Assembly (NCBI RefSeq): GCF_009914755.1
Contig: NC_060929.1
Source: the human T2T-CHM13v2.0 reference genome, Homo sapiens
Length of the DNA: 64,000 nt
Direction: 5' to 3' (one strand)
Shown: positions 36,476 through 49,774 of the stretch, piece by piece
How the letters are laid out: each line of letters opens with the position of its first letter
Numbering within the stretch: position 1 is the first letter of the stretch
Position numbers and translations under genes: made by a program
Notes under the pieces: generated by a model
What the model was told of the DNA's origin: nothing
The model's input: the letters and a program-made list of their open reading frames with translations, nothing else
Database searches by the model: none

Positions 36476-36724
36476 CAGGGAGCTAGTATATCTTTTTTCT
36501 GTAAAGGGCCAGATAGTAAATATTTTAGGCTTTGTGAGCCATTTGGTCTCTTTCACTACTGCTTTGCCTTTGTAGTAGAATTGTGCTAGGCAATATAAGC
36601 AATATTAGCAGACAATATAGGCAGCGATAGACAATATGCAATTGAATGAGCTTGGTTGTGTTCCAGTAAAACTTGATTTGTGACAAATGGGTTTGGCCAT
36701 TGGGCAGTAGTTTTCTGACCTCTG
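36476..36724. mobile_element. MER58A-like hAT MITE
   Basis: ttttctgtaaagggccagatagtaaatattttaggctttg...tgtgttccagtaaaact...gtagttttctgacctctg. Confidence 0.85.
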
Positions 36725-36752
36725 ATTTTATTAATAAAGCTCTTGAATTTAT

Positions 36753-37282
36753 TTTTTTAACTTTTATTTTAAGTTCAGGGGTACCTATGCAAGTTTGTTA
36801 CATAGGTAAACTGGTGTCATGGGGTTTTGTTCTACAGATCATTTCATCATCCAGGTCTTAAGCCTAGTACCCATCAGTTATTTTTCCTGATCCTCTCCCT
36901 TCTTCCACCTTCCACCCTTGAATAAGCCCCAGTGTGTGTTGTTTCCCTCTATGCGTCCATGTGTTCTCAACATTTAGCTCCCACTTATAAGTGAGAACAT
37001 GTGGTATTTGGTTTTCTGTTCCTGTGTTAGTTTGCTAAGGATAATGGCCTCCAGCTCCATCCATGTCCCTGCAAAAGACATGATCTCATTTTTCTTTTAT
37101 GGCTGCATACCTAAAGAAAGAAATACCATTCAATACAGCAATCCCATTACTGGGTATATACTGAAAGTTATATAAATCATTCTATGATAAATACACATGC
37201 ATATGTATGTTCATTGCAACACTCTTCGCAATAGCAAAGACATGGAATCAACCTAAATGTCCATCAATGATAGACTGAATAG
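36753..37282 (-). mobile_element. L1PA-like insertion with 5' inversion
   Basis: Antisense 3' end 36753-37109 joined to sense ORF2-end segment 37110-37282; TSD agct(c/t)ttgaatttat. Confidence 0.9.
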
Positions 37283-38028
37283 AGCTTTTGAATTTATATT
37301 CTCCATTGCCTTTTCCAGGTGGAAAAACGAATGTCAGCAAAGGTAGATACATCAGCCTATAATGCTAGTTTGAGTAATTATAAATAGTTTGTAGCTGCAT
37401 TGCTGGAGAGTGGTGTGTGAGGTGGGAATCAGTGAAAAATGGCATTCAAGAAGTCCTATCAGCAAGGTCTTCCATGCTTTTTAGCAAATTTGGATTTGAC
37501 TCTTTAGACAGGAGAGACATAAAAGGAGAAGAGAGTTGCTATGATTTGTATCTCTCCCTATCTTTCTCTCTCCACCTGTGTTTTAGTTGATTCATTGCTT
37601 AGTGATACATCTGTTCAGAGTTAGTCAAAGGAAATAATCCGGGCAAAAGTTTTGCAGAGAAAAATCTTTAAGCTAGTATGCCACCTTATTTTACTTTTAT
37701 GGATCTTTGTATATGGTATCTAGAACTTAGATTCCCAGAGAGACTGTATACTTTATCTTAGAATGGAATTCAGTCTCCAGTATTTGACAATTTGGCTGCA
37801 TTTTTTTTTATTAGCTTAAAGTTTATAAATGGTTTGCTCTTCCTTTTTCCTAACAATCTTCCATTAATATGAAAGACATCTGATTTGTAGAATCATATTA
37901 TTATGTTGCTTAAATATCTCTTGCTATTTAAGTTATAGGTTTAATAAAAGAAAATCAATTTTTAAAATATTCTTACTACATAGTGACAATTACAAAATAA
38001 ATAACATCTTCTTTCTTTAAAATTCTAG

Positions 38029-38284
38029 ATTTTATTTACTGAAGGCCAGGTACTGTCAACAATCACTCTAACTATTCTTGCTGATAATATACCAGAGTTA
38101 TCAGAGGTTGTGATTGTAACCCTCACCCGTATCACCACAGAAGGGGTTGAGGACTCATACAAAGGTGCTACTATTGATCAGGACAGAAGCAAGTCTGTTA
38201 TAACAACTTTGCCCAATGACTCACCTTTTGGCTTGGTGGGCTGGCGTGCTGCGTCTGTCTTCATTAGAGTAGCAGAGCCTAAAG
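38029..38284 (+). CDS. ADGRV1: ADGRV1 coding exon L (~54), Calx-beta
   Basis: ttctag|ATT, AAAG|gtaaat; 256 nt, phase 0 to 1; ILFTEGQVLSTITLTILADNIPELSE...PNDSPFG. Confidence 0.96.
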
Positions 38285-39437
38285 GTAAATATTGTTAAAT
38301 ATCTTTCAAGTTTTAATGAGAAGCTTCATTGGATAATTTAATTCTAATATTTATAAGGAATGTAAATTTCTCTTTTTATATGACTTTTTCAGTTTGGCAG
38401 GTCATACTCAATCCTTTTTGTTTATTGTTGTTAAATCTGGTAATCATGTGAAATTACCTAGCAGTAATGTTATAGGAAATGTGTCTTTTAAAAGATACAT
38501 TATATTAGAAATATTAATATTTTAGTTGTGAGTACAGTAGAGGTGACTGTTTTTTATTTTACTTTATCTTTTTCATCATTCATCTGTTCTCTTTCTTCAC
38601 TCAGCTATATTTTCTATAGATTTTCACTAGTTACAGAGAACAATGAGCAACACAATGAAATGTGTACATGGCACTAAAGGTATTAATTGTTTAATCCAAA
38701 ATAGTAATTAGAATAATTTTATCCTGTGAAGTGTACAGTGGTCAATTTCTCTTTTGAGTACTAAAATCATCACCCAAATAATTATTCATATTAGCTGCTG
38801 GTGAAGGTTCTAAGATTTTCACGTAATAACATGGACATCCAGCTTTCAAGTACCTTTCATTTGAATAGTCAATGGGAAAAATACAACATGTGGTTATGTT
38901 CCTGGGTCTTTAATATGGCAAATTAAGTTTTTAAAATCTAAACAATGAAATAAAAGTTAGGTGCTGTGAAATACTTTGAGCCTCCTGATAGGCACGTCAC
39001 TGTAAGAACAAAATCACTCTTAATGATTAGTCATTAAATGACTTTGTATATATAATTTTTCATTTTTTGAAGAATCTTTTGAGCCTTTATAATTATCATC
39101 TCTGTTCAACCTGCATATCTGTACTTCCCTAAGACTTTGCAGCAATTTCTGTTAAAGTGTATGACATGTGCAACATAGGAGGGTGCTTTAGAGAATCAGA
39201 AGTGGGGGATTAGAACTGGGATATAATGCTAGGAGTGGATGGTGATTCTCTGCCCAACTTTGGGGACCAGGAAGACCAAGCCCAGAATGATCCTTGGGAG
39301 TATACATTGTCTTTGTTTTACTTCTTTTTCCTTAACTGTCTACAAGGGATAGAGTAGAGTGTTCCACTCTAGGTCCTTGTAACAGCATTGACAGCAAATA
39401 GAAAAGACTATTTACTCGTGGCATGTTTCTCTCACAG

Positions 39438-39640
39438 AAAACACCACCACTCTTCAGTTACAAATAGCTCGAGATAAAGGACTACTTGGGGATATTGCCA
39501 TTCACTTGAGAGCTCAACCCAATTTCTTACTGCATGTCGATAATCAAGCTACTGAGAATGAAGATTATGTATTGCAAGAAACAATAATAATAATGAAAGA
39601 AAACATAAAAGAAGCTCATGCCGAAGTTTCCATTTTGCCG
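39438..39640 (+). CDS. ADGRV1: ADGRV1 coding exon M (~55), Calx-beta
   Basis: tcacag|AA, CCG|gtaagt; 203 nt, phase 1 to 0; NTTTLQLQIARDKGLLGDIAIHL...ATENEDY. Confidence 0.96.
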
Positions 39641-40908
39641 GTAAGTCAAGGCTGCAAAGAATGTGATCTAAAATAGAGGAAAATTCTCTTAAGTAAAATT
39701 GTGATGCTCTTGTAAGTAAAAATCTTTTTTTTAATAAAAGGATTCTTTTAAACATAAAAATGTAAGTATTCTACTGTTGCCACCCACCTAAGTATTTAAT
39801 AATGAATAATATTTTATAACTGGCTGGCAAAAATGATGTCTATTACTTGTATTTATTCTTGAACTGGAATATTGTTTGAATGAATTTTGAAGCACTGAAT
39901 TTAGATTAATTATATCTGATTGGATCCACTGTAATTTTGTTTTGTCAGTTTTTAAACTAATGACAACAAGTGAAATGCCCAAATCAATCTGGTTATTTTT
40001 ATTATTCATTTAATAGGACAGTATTTTCCTTTCATGATATGATTACTTGAATCAAGATTAGTCTTCAGATGGTTTAGATCTGGTTTTAGCTATCTGTATT
40101 TATCCATGTATGTATGGAGAGAGAGAGAAGAACAGAGAAAGAGAGGGGGAGAATATGTGACTATATCAGTAATGATGCACAAGAAATTTTAATAGTGGAT
40201 TAGTGTTAATAATATTATAAAATAATAACAAAATGTTGTTTTATATTATATAAATAGTATTAATCTTATATATTATATACCATAGAATATATTATATGTT
40301 ATTAAATAAATATGATATTATATAATGTTAGTGTTACTAATAGTGGTATTAGTGGTTTTAGGTAATAGTATCTCCTGAAGAGTATAATTTGGGAAAGATA
40401 TAAGGGATGGGATAGAAATGAGGGTTTTCCCCCCCTTTTTAGAGTATTTTTTATCTCTGGAAATTTTTCATTATGCAAAAACAAAGTAAGAAATTTTTAA
40501 AAATTAAATATAGGCTTATATCTAGATTTTCAAGTCTAGAGCTTTTGCTTTAAAAATGTATGTAGCATTTACCAGTGTTTCCTAAATTTTCTTTTGGGAT
40601 ATTAAATATGTAAAACATACAATAGAATATGGTCAAAATTTCAGGATAGATTTTTAAAAATTATTTTATTTGCTAATGAGTGTGAAGATTCCATTGAAAC
40701 ATCACCAGTGAGCTAGAATATTCTATAGATTCTGAAGTGGTCAGTGGGAATGTATTAAAATATAACAAGAATCTTTTTTATGTTTGACAGAGCTGCCCAT
40801 TCCTGTGAACAAAGTCAATTATTTCCTTACTGAAAAATATCAAGTATTCAATGCAAGTTAAATGTCTTAAAAAAAAATGAAACACCATCTTTTTCCCCCA
40901 TCCCCCAG

Positions 40909-41085
40909 GATGACCTTCCTGAATTGGAGGAAGGATTTATTGTCACTATCACTGAGGTGAACCTGGTGAACTCTGACTTCTCTACAGGACAGCCAAGTGT
41001 GCGGAGGCCCGGAATGGAAATAGCTGAGATAATGATAGAAGAAAATGACGATCCCAGAGGAATTTTTATGTTTCATGTTACTAGA
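40909..41085 (+). CDS. ADGRV1: ADGRV1 coding exon N (~56), Calx-beta
   Basis: ccccag|GAT, AGA|gtgaga; 177 nt, phase 0-0; DDLPELEEGFIVTITEV...EENDDPRGIFMF. Confidence 0.96.
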
Positions 41086-41433
41086 GTGAGATGAACTTTC
41101 ATTTGTTTACAGTCATACAGAGGCCTCTCCCTGCTGATTTGGCCAGTGTTTTATGTTTAGCTTTGCCTGTATTTATTTTTAAATAGATAAATAACCAAAT
41201 TTGTCTTATAAACTAATTCTTAGGTCTCTTTGGGCTAGACCAAAGGATTCAACAAGTTTACTTTCATTAAATATAAGAGTTCAGAAGACCTTTTATGCAT
41301 ACTTATATCTGACTATTAATTTCTACTTTAAAGGGTGAAATATAGAAAGTTAAGTAGAAACAATAACTTTAGAAAGATGACTTATGAGAGTTACCATTTT
41401 ATCTTGCCTTTCAATTATATTCTTTACTTAAAG

Positions 41434-41616
41434 GGCGCTGGGGAAGTTATTACTGCCTATGAGGTGCCTCCACCCTTGAACGTTCTTCAAGTTCCTGTAG
41501 TCCGGCTGGCTGGAAGCTTTGGGGCAGTAAATGTTTATTGGAAAGCATCACCAGACAGTGCTGGCCTGGAAGACTTTAAACCATCTCATGGGATTCTTGA
41601 ATTTGCAGATAAACAG
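41434..41616 (+). CDS. ADGRV1: ADGRV1 coding exon O (~57), Calx-beta
   Basis: ttaaag|GGC (uncommon AAG acceptor), CAG|gtatgc; 183 nt, phase 0-0; VPVVRLAGSFGAVNVYW...EDFKPSHGILEFADKQ. Confidence 0.94.
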
Positions 41617-42530
41617 GTATGCCAGTCATTAACATATTAGCCTTTTTGAGTTGTGCTTCAGACATTTTGTAGGCATCCATCAAATGAATGTACATTGGTG
41701 ATTGCTAAATGCATTATACTCTAAATGTTTCTATGTTAAGTCAAACAAATATTATTAATTGAAATACAATTTATTAATGGGCATAGGAAGAGACTTATAA
41801 AGATACAACAATCTTACCCTTTTCTGAACCCCCGCCCCAGTTTTATTTAAAATAAATAGAAGTTACAAAACAGGATAATAATTGACTTAGAAGTGCCTAA
41901 CAATGTATAGAAAACTGTCTGATGAACTAGACTCTTCCTGTGGACTTTAGTTTCTTTTATCTTTTATTTTGTTTCTTAATGCCAGTAAATATAGATATTT
42001 ATTTAGAATTTGCACTAAAAGTGTGGACAGTTTTTACTTAATATCTAAAATGCCCTTTATAATTAAAAAAATTGACTAAAATAAGAGAAAATGAACAAAA
42101 TAGTTAAAACTTGAAAAATTGAAAAACAATATTCTAGATTTAGGCTAACCAGTCTTAAATATTATAAAACATTCCCCAAGAATTACAAATTTTGTAAACT
42201 TGGCATTTTGTAATATGTAAGAATAAGATGTTTTCATACCATTTTTTTATCAGTAAGTGGAAAAGGCATATGAACAACCATGAAAATGTTAGTAACTTTA
42301 ACTAGCACCTCTATCTACAGGTAGCCTTATTTTGGCTAGACAAATTACCAGAGTATGCGTCAACTTATTTGTTGCTCATGGGGGGCGGTAGTAAATGCTG
42401 TTAAAAGGTAAGCATACAGATGTAGATTTTCCTACACAGAAAAACCCATTATTGTTAATATTTTTGAAATCCTGAGCTTTTAAAGCAGATTTAGAACTTG
42501 AAACATTTCCTAAGTAAAAAGAGTGGAATG

Positions 42531-42867
<337 letters not shown>

Positions 42868-43863
42868 TCATTGAAGCAGCCTTTCAACTTTAATGACATT
42901 ATCAGCACTTTATCTGTGCATGAGGTTCAAGTTCCATCATTAACCAGCATCCATAGGATCCTACTTATTCTTAAAATTCACATCCTCTAGGGAAGGGACT
43001 CTGTATTCTACAGCACAGATTTGAGGTGCAGGCAATTTAATTACCTTCTATTTGAGCATTTGATTTTATTCATGTTTCTATCTGTCTGAGTGTGATATCC
43101 AGGTTTTTCACTTTTCTCTGTTGTTAAATTAAAGATTTTAGGTAGATTTAATTTCATTTTCTGATAAATGTCTGTCAGAAACATTGGAATATTTTTATGA
43201 CCAATAGTGAAACTGCAAGCTGGATCAAGTTTTATTTATTTATCAGTTTATAAAAACTTTTAACATAGACTCAGAAAATTGAACTAAATCCTGATTATAA
43301 ACATCCAGGAATAGCAAATTTGGGTTTTCTTTCTGCCTTTCTTTTTGACTACGTTGCAAGAACAATATTTGAAACCAATGGGATTTATTTTAATTGTAGA
43401 AGACTGGTAATTTTTATGTAAGTTTCATATCATGTAATATTAATACCAAGCATACTGCATTTTATGTTTGTGCAATGGTGTTAGAACCTGCATGACATTA
43501 AAAAAATTTTAAGAATAAGGATTTATTGTTTTTAATCTGTAAATAATACTCTTATCACATCAATAATGTTTTATCTTGAAAATAATAGACTGTAAATTTC
43601 TGACTTTGAAATACCATAAATATACACAACTTTAAAATGCCATAAATATACATGCCATAAATATACACAACTTTAAAAGTATTACAAATATAATACGCAA
43701 AAAGAACTACTTTTTAGTACCATGTTTCTGAGATTTTTGGTTTCAACTAAAAAATTAAAATATATGTCAGCAAAAACTGTGATTACATTATTTCTTTCCT
43801 CATTTCCTATCTTCCTCCTTCTTTTCCTCCCTCTCTTTCTCCCTTCCTTCCTTTCTTTCATAG

Positions 43864-44043
43864 GTTACTGCAATGATAGAAATCACCATAATTGATGATG
43901 CTGAATTTGAATTGACAGAGACGTTCAATATTTCCTTGATCAGTGTTGCTGGAGGTGGCAGACTTGGTGATGATGTTGTGGTAACTGTTGTTATTCCACA
44001 AAATGATTCTCCATTTGGAGTATTTGGATTTGAAGAAAAGACT
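43864..44043 (+). CDS. ADGRV1: ADGRV1 coding exon P (~58), Calx-beta
   Basis: long pyrimidine tract then catag|GTT, ACT|gtaagt; 180 nt, phase 0-0; IEITIIDDAEFELTETFNISLISVAGGGRLG...QNDSPFGVFGF. Confidence 0.96.
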
Positions 44044-44138
44044 GTAAGTTAAACATATCAGGGGAAAGCCTTGTTTCAGGCTAGCGTTTCATGTAATTTT
44101 GAGTAGAAAGTGTCTCACATTTTTGTTTTGGAAGTCTT

Positions 44139-44773
<635 letters not shown>

Positions 44774-47194
44774 TCATGTATGAGTCTCTTCTCAAGGATC
44801 TTTTGAGTGGTCTATTGAATTAAGGGCCAATCCTCCAGCCTGTGCACACAGTTTGATAGTAATGTGAGCTCTTAATATCAGGAAATTACAAAGGGGAACA
44901 GATTCCTATTTATTGGCTGTAGTAGATCAAGATGTACTTTTCATCCATACCACCTATTCTCTGCCTGCTTTACTGCCAGACCACCAATCTGGTCACAGGC
45001 AGGATTCTGTCATGGGTCTGGGTGTTACATCCCACAATGGGTTTATCTGGTGAGGGATTTATATTACCCACTGTTATGCTAGTCTGTTGTGACTTATGTA
45101 GAAAAAAACACCACAGTCACCCCCCACCCAGCTCATGTATTTCTCTATATTTCTTCTCTCTTACTTCTCATTGGCTGTTTACTTCCAAGACTTGAAAGAA
45201 GGAACCCAATTATTATTGATTCAGCCACAAAGAGAGAGAGAGAAAAAAAGGCTAATTAATCATGAAAACTAAGTATTTGTGCAGCCATATTTGGTACCTA
45301 GTACTAAATTATCACTACATCTTAAGTATAAAACACTATAAATTCCATCATAATTGTTATTACATGATAACTATGACATAATATTATGACCTTACCTTTC
45401 AAAAGAAATTCCAAGGTATGAATTAGCCATAAAAATATTTAGATAATCCCCATATACTCAGCAACTTTTCCGGCCCCATATGTCACCATTCCCTTCATTT
45501 AATCACTTATAGGTTGTCAGTAATTCACATAGATCACTTTTAATTAATAAACCAATTGCTGAAATGCCCATTGTCTACTGTCCTGTGGATGGAAGGCTAG
45601 ACTGACAGCTTGCCTGCAAGGGCTGGACTTCCTGATGCTCCAAAATTGAAATATAACAAATAAGGATTTGGCTATTGAATTTCAATTTCATAAGAAAATG
45701 GGACCTGTAAGAGGGAGAGAACAAACTTTCACTGTAGCCCAATGAGCTCGTCCTTGGAAAAAAAATGGGCAGCTGTGTTTGTAAGGAGTGTTGGATTGGC
45801 AAAAGAGTAACTGTGAATATCTCTCAAGCAGCAGAAAATTACACATGAATATGTAATTTATTTTTTATAAAATGTCTCTTAGCTTATAAGTTTAGATTAC
45901 AAGTTCAGCATTTAGTATTCAAATCTTCAATTGATGAAACTTCACAATAACGTTTTTCATCAAACTTCTGGACTTGGGCACTGGACAGTGTGTTTATAAT
46001 CTACTTTTACTGTTAGAGAAAATGAAGACCTACACTAGTATTCATAAATAATTTTTGTTCATTTTATTGTAACTGCGGTCATAAACTCTAGTGTTTTAAA
46101 CCTAGTGTTAAGCACACTTGTTCTGGGAAATAATATCGTTACAGCTACAAATTTTCAATTTGTCTTAGAGTCTAAAGGGAAGATTTAGGTTACCCAATTC
46201 CTACTGTATTGTTGAATATGTAAAGCATGCGTGCTTGAGCTTTAATTCATTAGATGTCCATGGCTATTTTGATTGTTGATGATAATAGTAGCTGCATGAT
46301 GCTCAGCCCTTTGTGACTTTTTTCCTTGCTTATATCCTGTCTTTCCTATCACAAAAGTTTCTTGGTAACATGAAGTTTATCTTTTAACCTTAATAAGATA
46401 TACAATATTGTGCACACAATAAACATTCTGTTAGCATTATTCGGTGACACAGATTAGATTCACAGCTGAGGTACATTGAGAAAAGACTGTTAGTATAAAT
46501 CCATCAAAATTAACAAGCTGTTCACAAGGGCAATGTGGTTAAGTATACCAAAGCCCTGAGAATAGCAGAGACCCATGGAAATCTACTTGTGAAACCTAAA
46601 CTAAAATGTTACATCTATGGAATCAAAGAAGACTTATATAATGGATTTTCTCTATTTTTTTCTTACTAAATTTCACTGGTCCCTGAGGAGTGGTATGAAC
46701 AGTTTGGAGTCAAAATACCCTAATTAGACTCCAGGCTCCTCATCTCCAGATATATGTATATATCTGGCCCTCAGATTTCTATGAGTTTCTATGAGGCTTA
46801 AATAAGATAAGGTATATGTAAGAACTGACACACAATAGAAGCTCATTTCAGTTTGTTTTAAATCTGTGCTGTTGACATCAATGCAAATCTCATGAAGAAA
46901 ACAAAACAAGATTGTATTGCATGTTAAGCTTCTATCCGTGTTGAAAGTGGAAAGCATTGTGTTATATTTTCTGTTTGTATAGCGGATGGATGATATAGGT
47001 TCAATGAGAACTTTGCTTCACAGAGTCAACATATGTACTTCACTTATACTAGATCTGTTAATAAGGACTTGTATGCAAAATAAATAGTTCTGGTAAATCA
47101 ATGTATTGAATCTCCTCTCTTTATCTCAGATTAATAAAAACCACTTTTAAATTTTGACTCGCTAAAGTAGGTACACCATAATTCAGAGGACAGT

Positions 47195-47635
47195 TTAGGT
47201 CTGTATTATGTGAGGAGCCTGATTGTAGTAACAAAGATCCCGCCAAGTCTCAGTTTCTTCATATGGTAAATGTGCATTTCTTCTTCACGCAGGAATCCTG
47301 CACCAGCGTGCCCAGTTGGCTGATGCTTATGGACACCTCTTATTCAGCTGGCAGCTCTCAGGCCCTAGACTCTGTCCATCTTGGGGTTATGTCCTCTTCT
47401 AGGTCCTGGGCCTCCTCTCTATTCACCTGCCAAATGGAAAAGTAGAGGATGTGGGGTCTTGTGTGGGTGTTTATGGCAAGAGTATTAGCAGCATAAATCA
47501 TTTCTGCCTCTATTCTCTGGGTCAGAATTCAGTCACATGCTCTACCTAATTGCAAGAGAAGACAGGAAATGCCAACTAGTTGAGCATCTAGGAATAGAAA
47601 GTGGGATTTGGTAAAAAAAATTTTTCTGCCACATG
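47195..47635. mobile_element. MLT1-like MaLR LTR relic
   Basis: catttctgcctctattctctgggtcagaattcagtcacatg...aattgcaagagaagacaggaaatg. Confidence 0.6.
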
Positions 47636-47761
47636 ATAATTACATGTAACATTCTAAATTATAAAACTGCAGTCATTGTAAACAGAAATAAGATTCTACT
47701 TGTTTATCCTGCTCTTTTTGTTTTTTTTTTTGTTTGGCCTTACTGAATTTTCTTCTTTCAG

Positions 47762-47926
47762 GTAATGATTGATGAATCCCTTTCATCCGATGACCCTGAT
47801 TCATATGTGACATTGACGGTTGTCCGGTCCCCAGGAGGAAAAGGAACCGTCCGACTTGAGTGGACCATAGATGAGAAGGCTAAACATAACCTTAGTCCTT
47901 TGAATGGGACCCTTCATTTTGATGAG
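47762..47926 (+). CDS. ADGRV1: ADGRV1 coding exon Q (~59), Calx-beta
   Basis: tttcag|GTA, GAG|gtatag; 165 nt, phase 0-0; VMIDESLSSDDPDSYVTLTVVRSPGGKGTVRLEW...GTLHFDE. Confidence 0.95.
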
Positions 47927-47984
47927 GTATAGTCAGCATTAGCACTCCTGTAATTTTTCCCCAATTTGTCTTTGATTTTCTTTT

Positions 47985-49774
47985 TCCTTTTTATTGTAAA
48001 TTCAGGGAGCACATGTGCAGGTTTGTTACATGGGTATATTGCATAATGCTGGGGTTTGGGCTTCTAGTGAGCCCATAACCCAAATAGTGAATATAGTACC
48101 CAATAGGTAGTTTTTCAACCCACACCCCACTCCTACCCTGCTGCCTCAAGTAGTCCCCAGTGTCTGTTGTTTCCATCTTTATGTCCATGTGTATCCATTG
48201 TCTGGCTCCTACTTATAAGTGAGAACACATGGTATTTGATTTTCTGTTTCTGCATTAATTCACTTAGGATAATGGCTCCTAATTGCATCTATGTTGCTTC
48301 AAAGGACATGATTTAATTATTTTATATGACTGTGTAGTATTCCATGGTGTATATCTATAACATTTTCTTTATCCAGTTCACTGTTGATGGACACTAAAGT
48401 TGATTCCATACCCTTCCTATTGGGAATAGGTTGACTGATGTCTGATGTTGAGTGGAAGCACCTGCCCTGGTGTGGGCTGCAGGGAGGGAAGGATGGTAAA
48501 AAGCGATCATGTTGGAATGTATTGGGGTCTCTTGGGGAGTGATAAGGGGGTGTACCAACTTCTAGTCCTGAGCCAGCAGGAATGAAGTTTGCTTCCCTCT
48601 CGTGCCCGTGTTGCAGGACTCATGACTCAATTCATAAAGACTTTGTCCTTTGGCTCTGCAGTGCAGCTGCAGGCCACAGATATGCCCCTCTAGGAGCTGT
48701 TACCAAAATGGGCTCAGGGCAAGGCCTCTTCCCCAACTCCAGGGCAAGCAACTTCACAACTTGTCTGTCCGCCATTGCTGGGACACTGCTGCTCTGTCTA
48801 AAGGCGGGGAGTTGGGCCCTGTTCTTCCTGTAAGCCCAAGTGGCACAAGCTTACTTTCAGCAGGGATTGAGCCACTGAAAAAAGCACACACAAAAAATGC
48901 TTTCTTTGTGTGTATGCACTAAGTACCAGTGGGAAGAACCACAGCTGTGTCTGCAACAGTCTAGAGTGGGAGATGACTCCCTCTCTACGACTGTCCCTAG
49001 GCATTGGTGCTGCCCCCTTCAGTGACTGGCCCCATGCCTGCATTTCCTTTGTCCCAAGGGGACTTTGATGGGCTGTGCTCCCCCTCCCTTATGGGCAGCC
49101 TACACTGTGGGTTTAGATCTTCAGAAGTCCTTTAGCCCCCTGGGACCCACCTGTCCCCCATGCTTCCCAACGTCAGAGCCAGTTGTGGGGTATATTTGCA
49201 GGAGATCTGGTGGTACAGTGACTCTAGAGCAGAGAGATCTCAGGCAGGGCAGTGGCACTATGGGTACACAACCAGTATGGCACCCTCCATCTCATTTTGG
49301 GTCTGAGGGAAACATAGGTGTGCCTGCACAAGCTAGCAACCTGGTTCTCTGTCCCTGGGAAGTTCCTGAATAGCCACTTATAGCATTGTCTTGGGTCACT
49401 AGCACAGAGGGGCTCCTTAGAAGCTTGGCAGTCAGGAGATTGTCAGAGGAGTGAGGGGAGGAGAGAAGCACTCCCACCTACTTTCCATGGGGCTCCAAGC
49501 TCCTTGGGGGTCAATCTCTGTGGACTCTTGCTGCTTCCCTTTTCTACACCCTGCTTCTTCCCACTGGCCCTCTGACAGATCCTGGCTCTCTTCCCCCAGT
49601 TTTCTGTTCAGAACTGGGCCTTTCACCAGTAACTTTGATCATCTTCCTGAGGAGAACTGGCACCTGATGTCCCTAGAGAGCCATCTGCTCGAGGCACTGG
49701 GCACTGTGCACTGTGCTGTCACTGCTGAGGGGAATGGTGACTGTAGTCACCCTGTGTGGCCACACCTCGAGAGC
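47985..49774 (-). mobile_element. Composite L1P-derived insertion (leader, 5'UTR-like block, 3' end; ORFs missing)
   Basis: L1PA16/17-like 3' end 47985-48430; identical 18-bp TSD tgtctttgattttctttt at 47967 and 49775. Confidence 0.85.
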
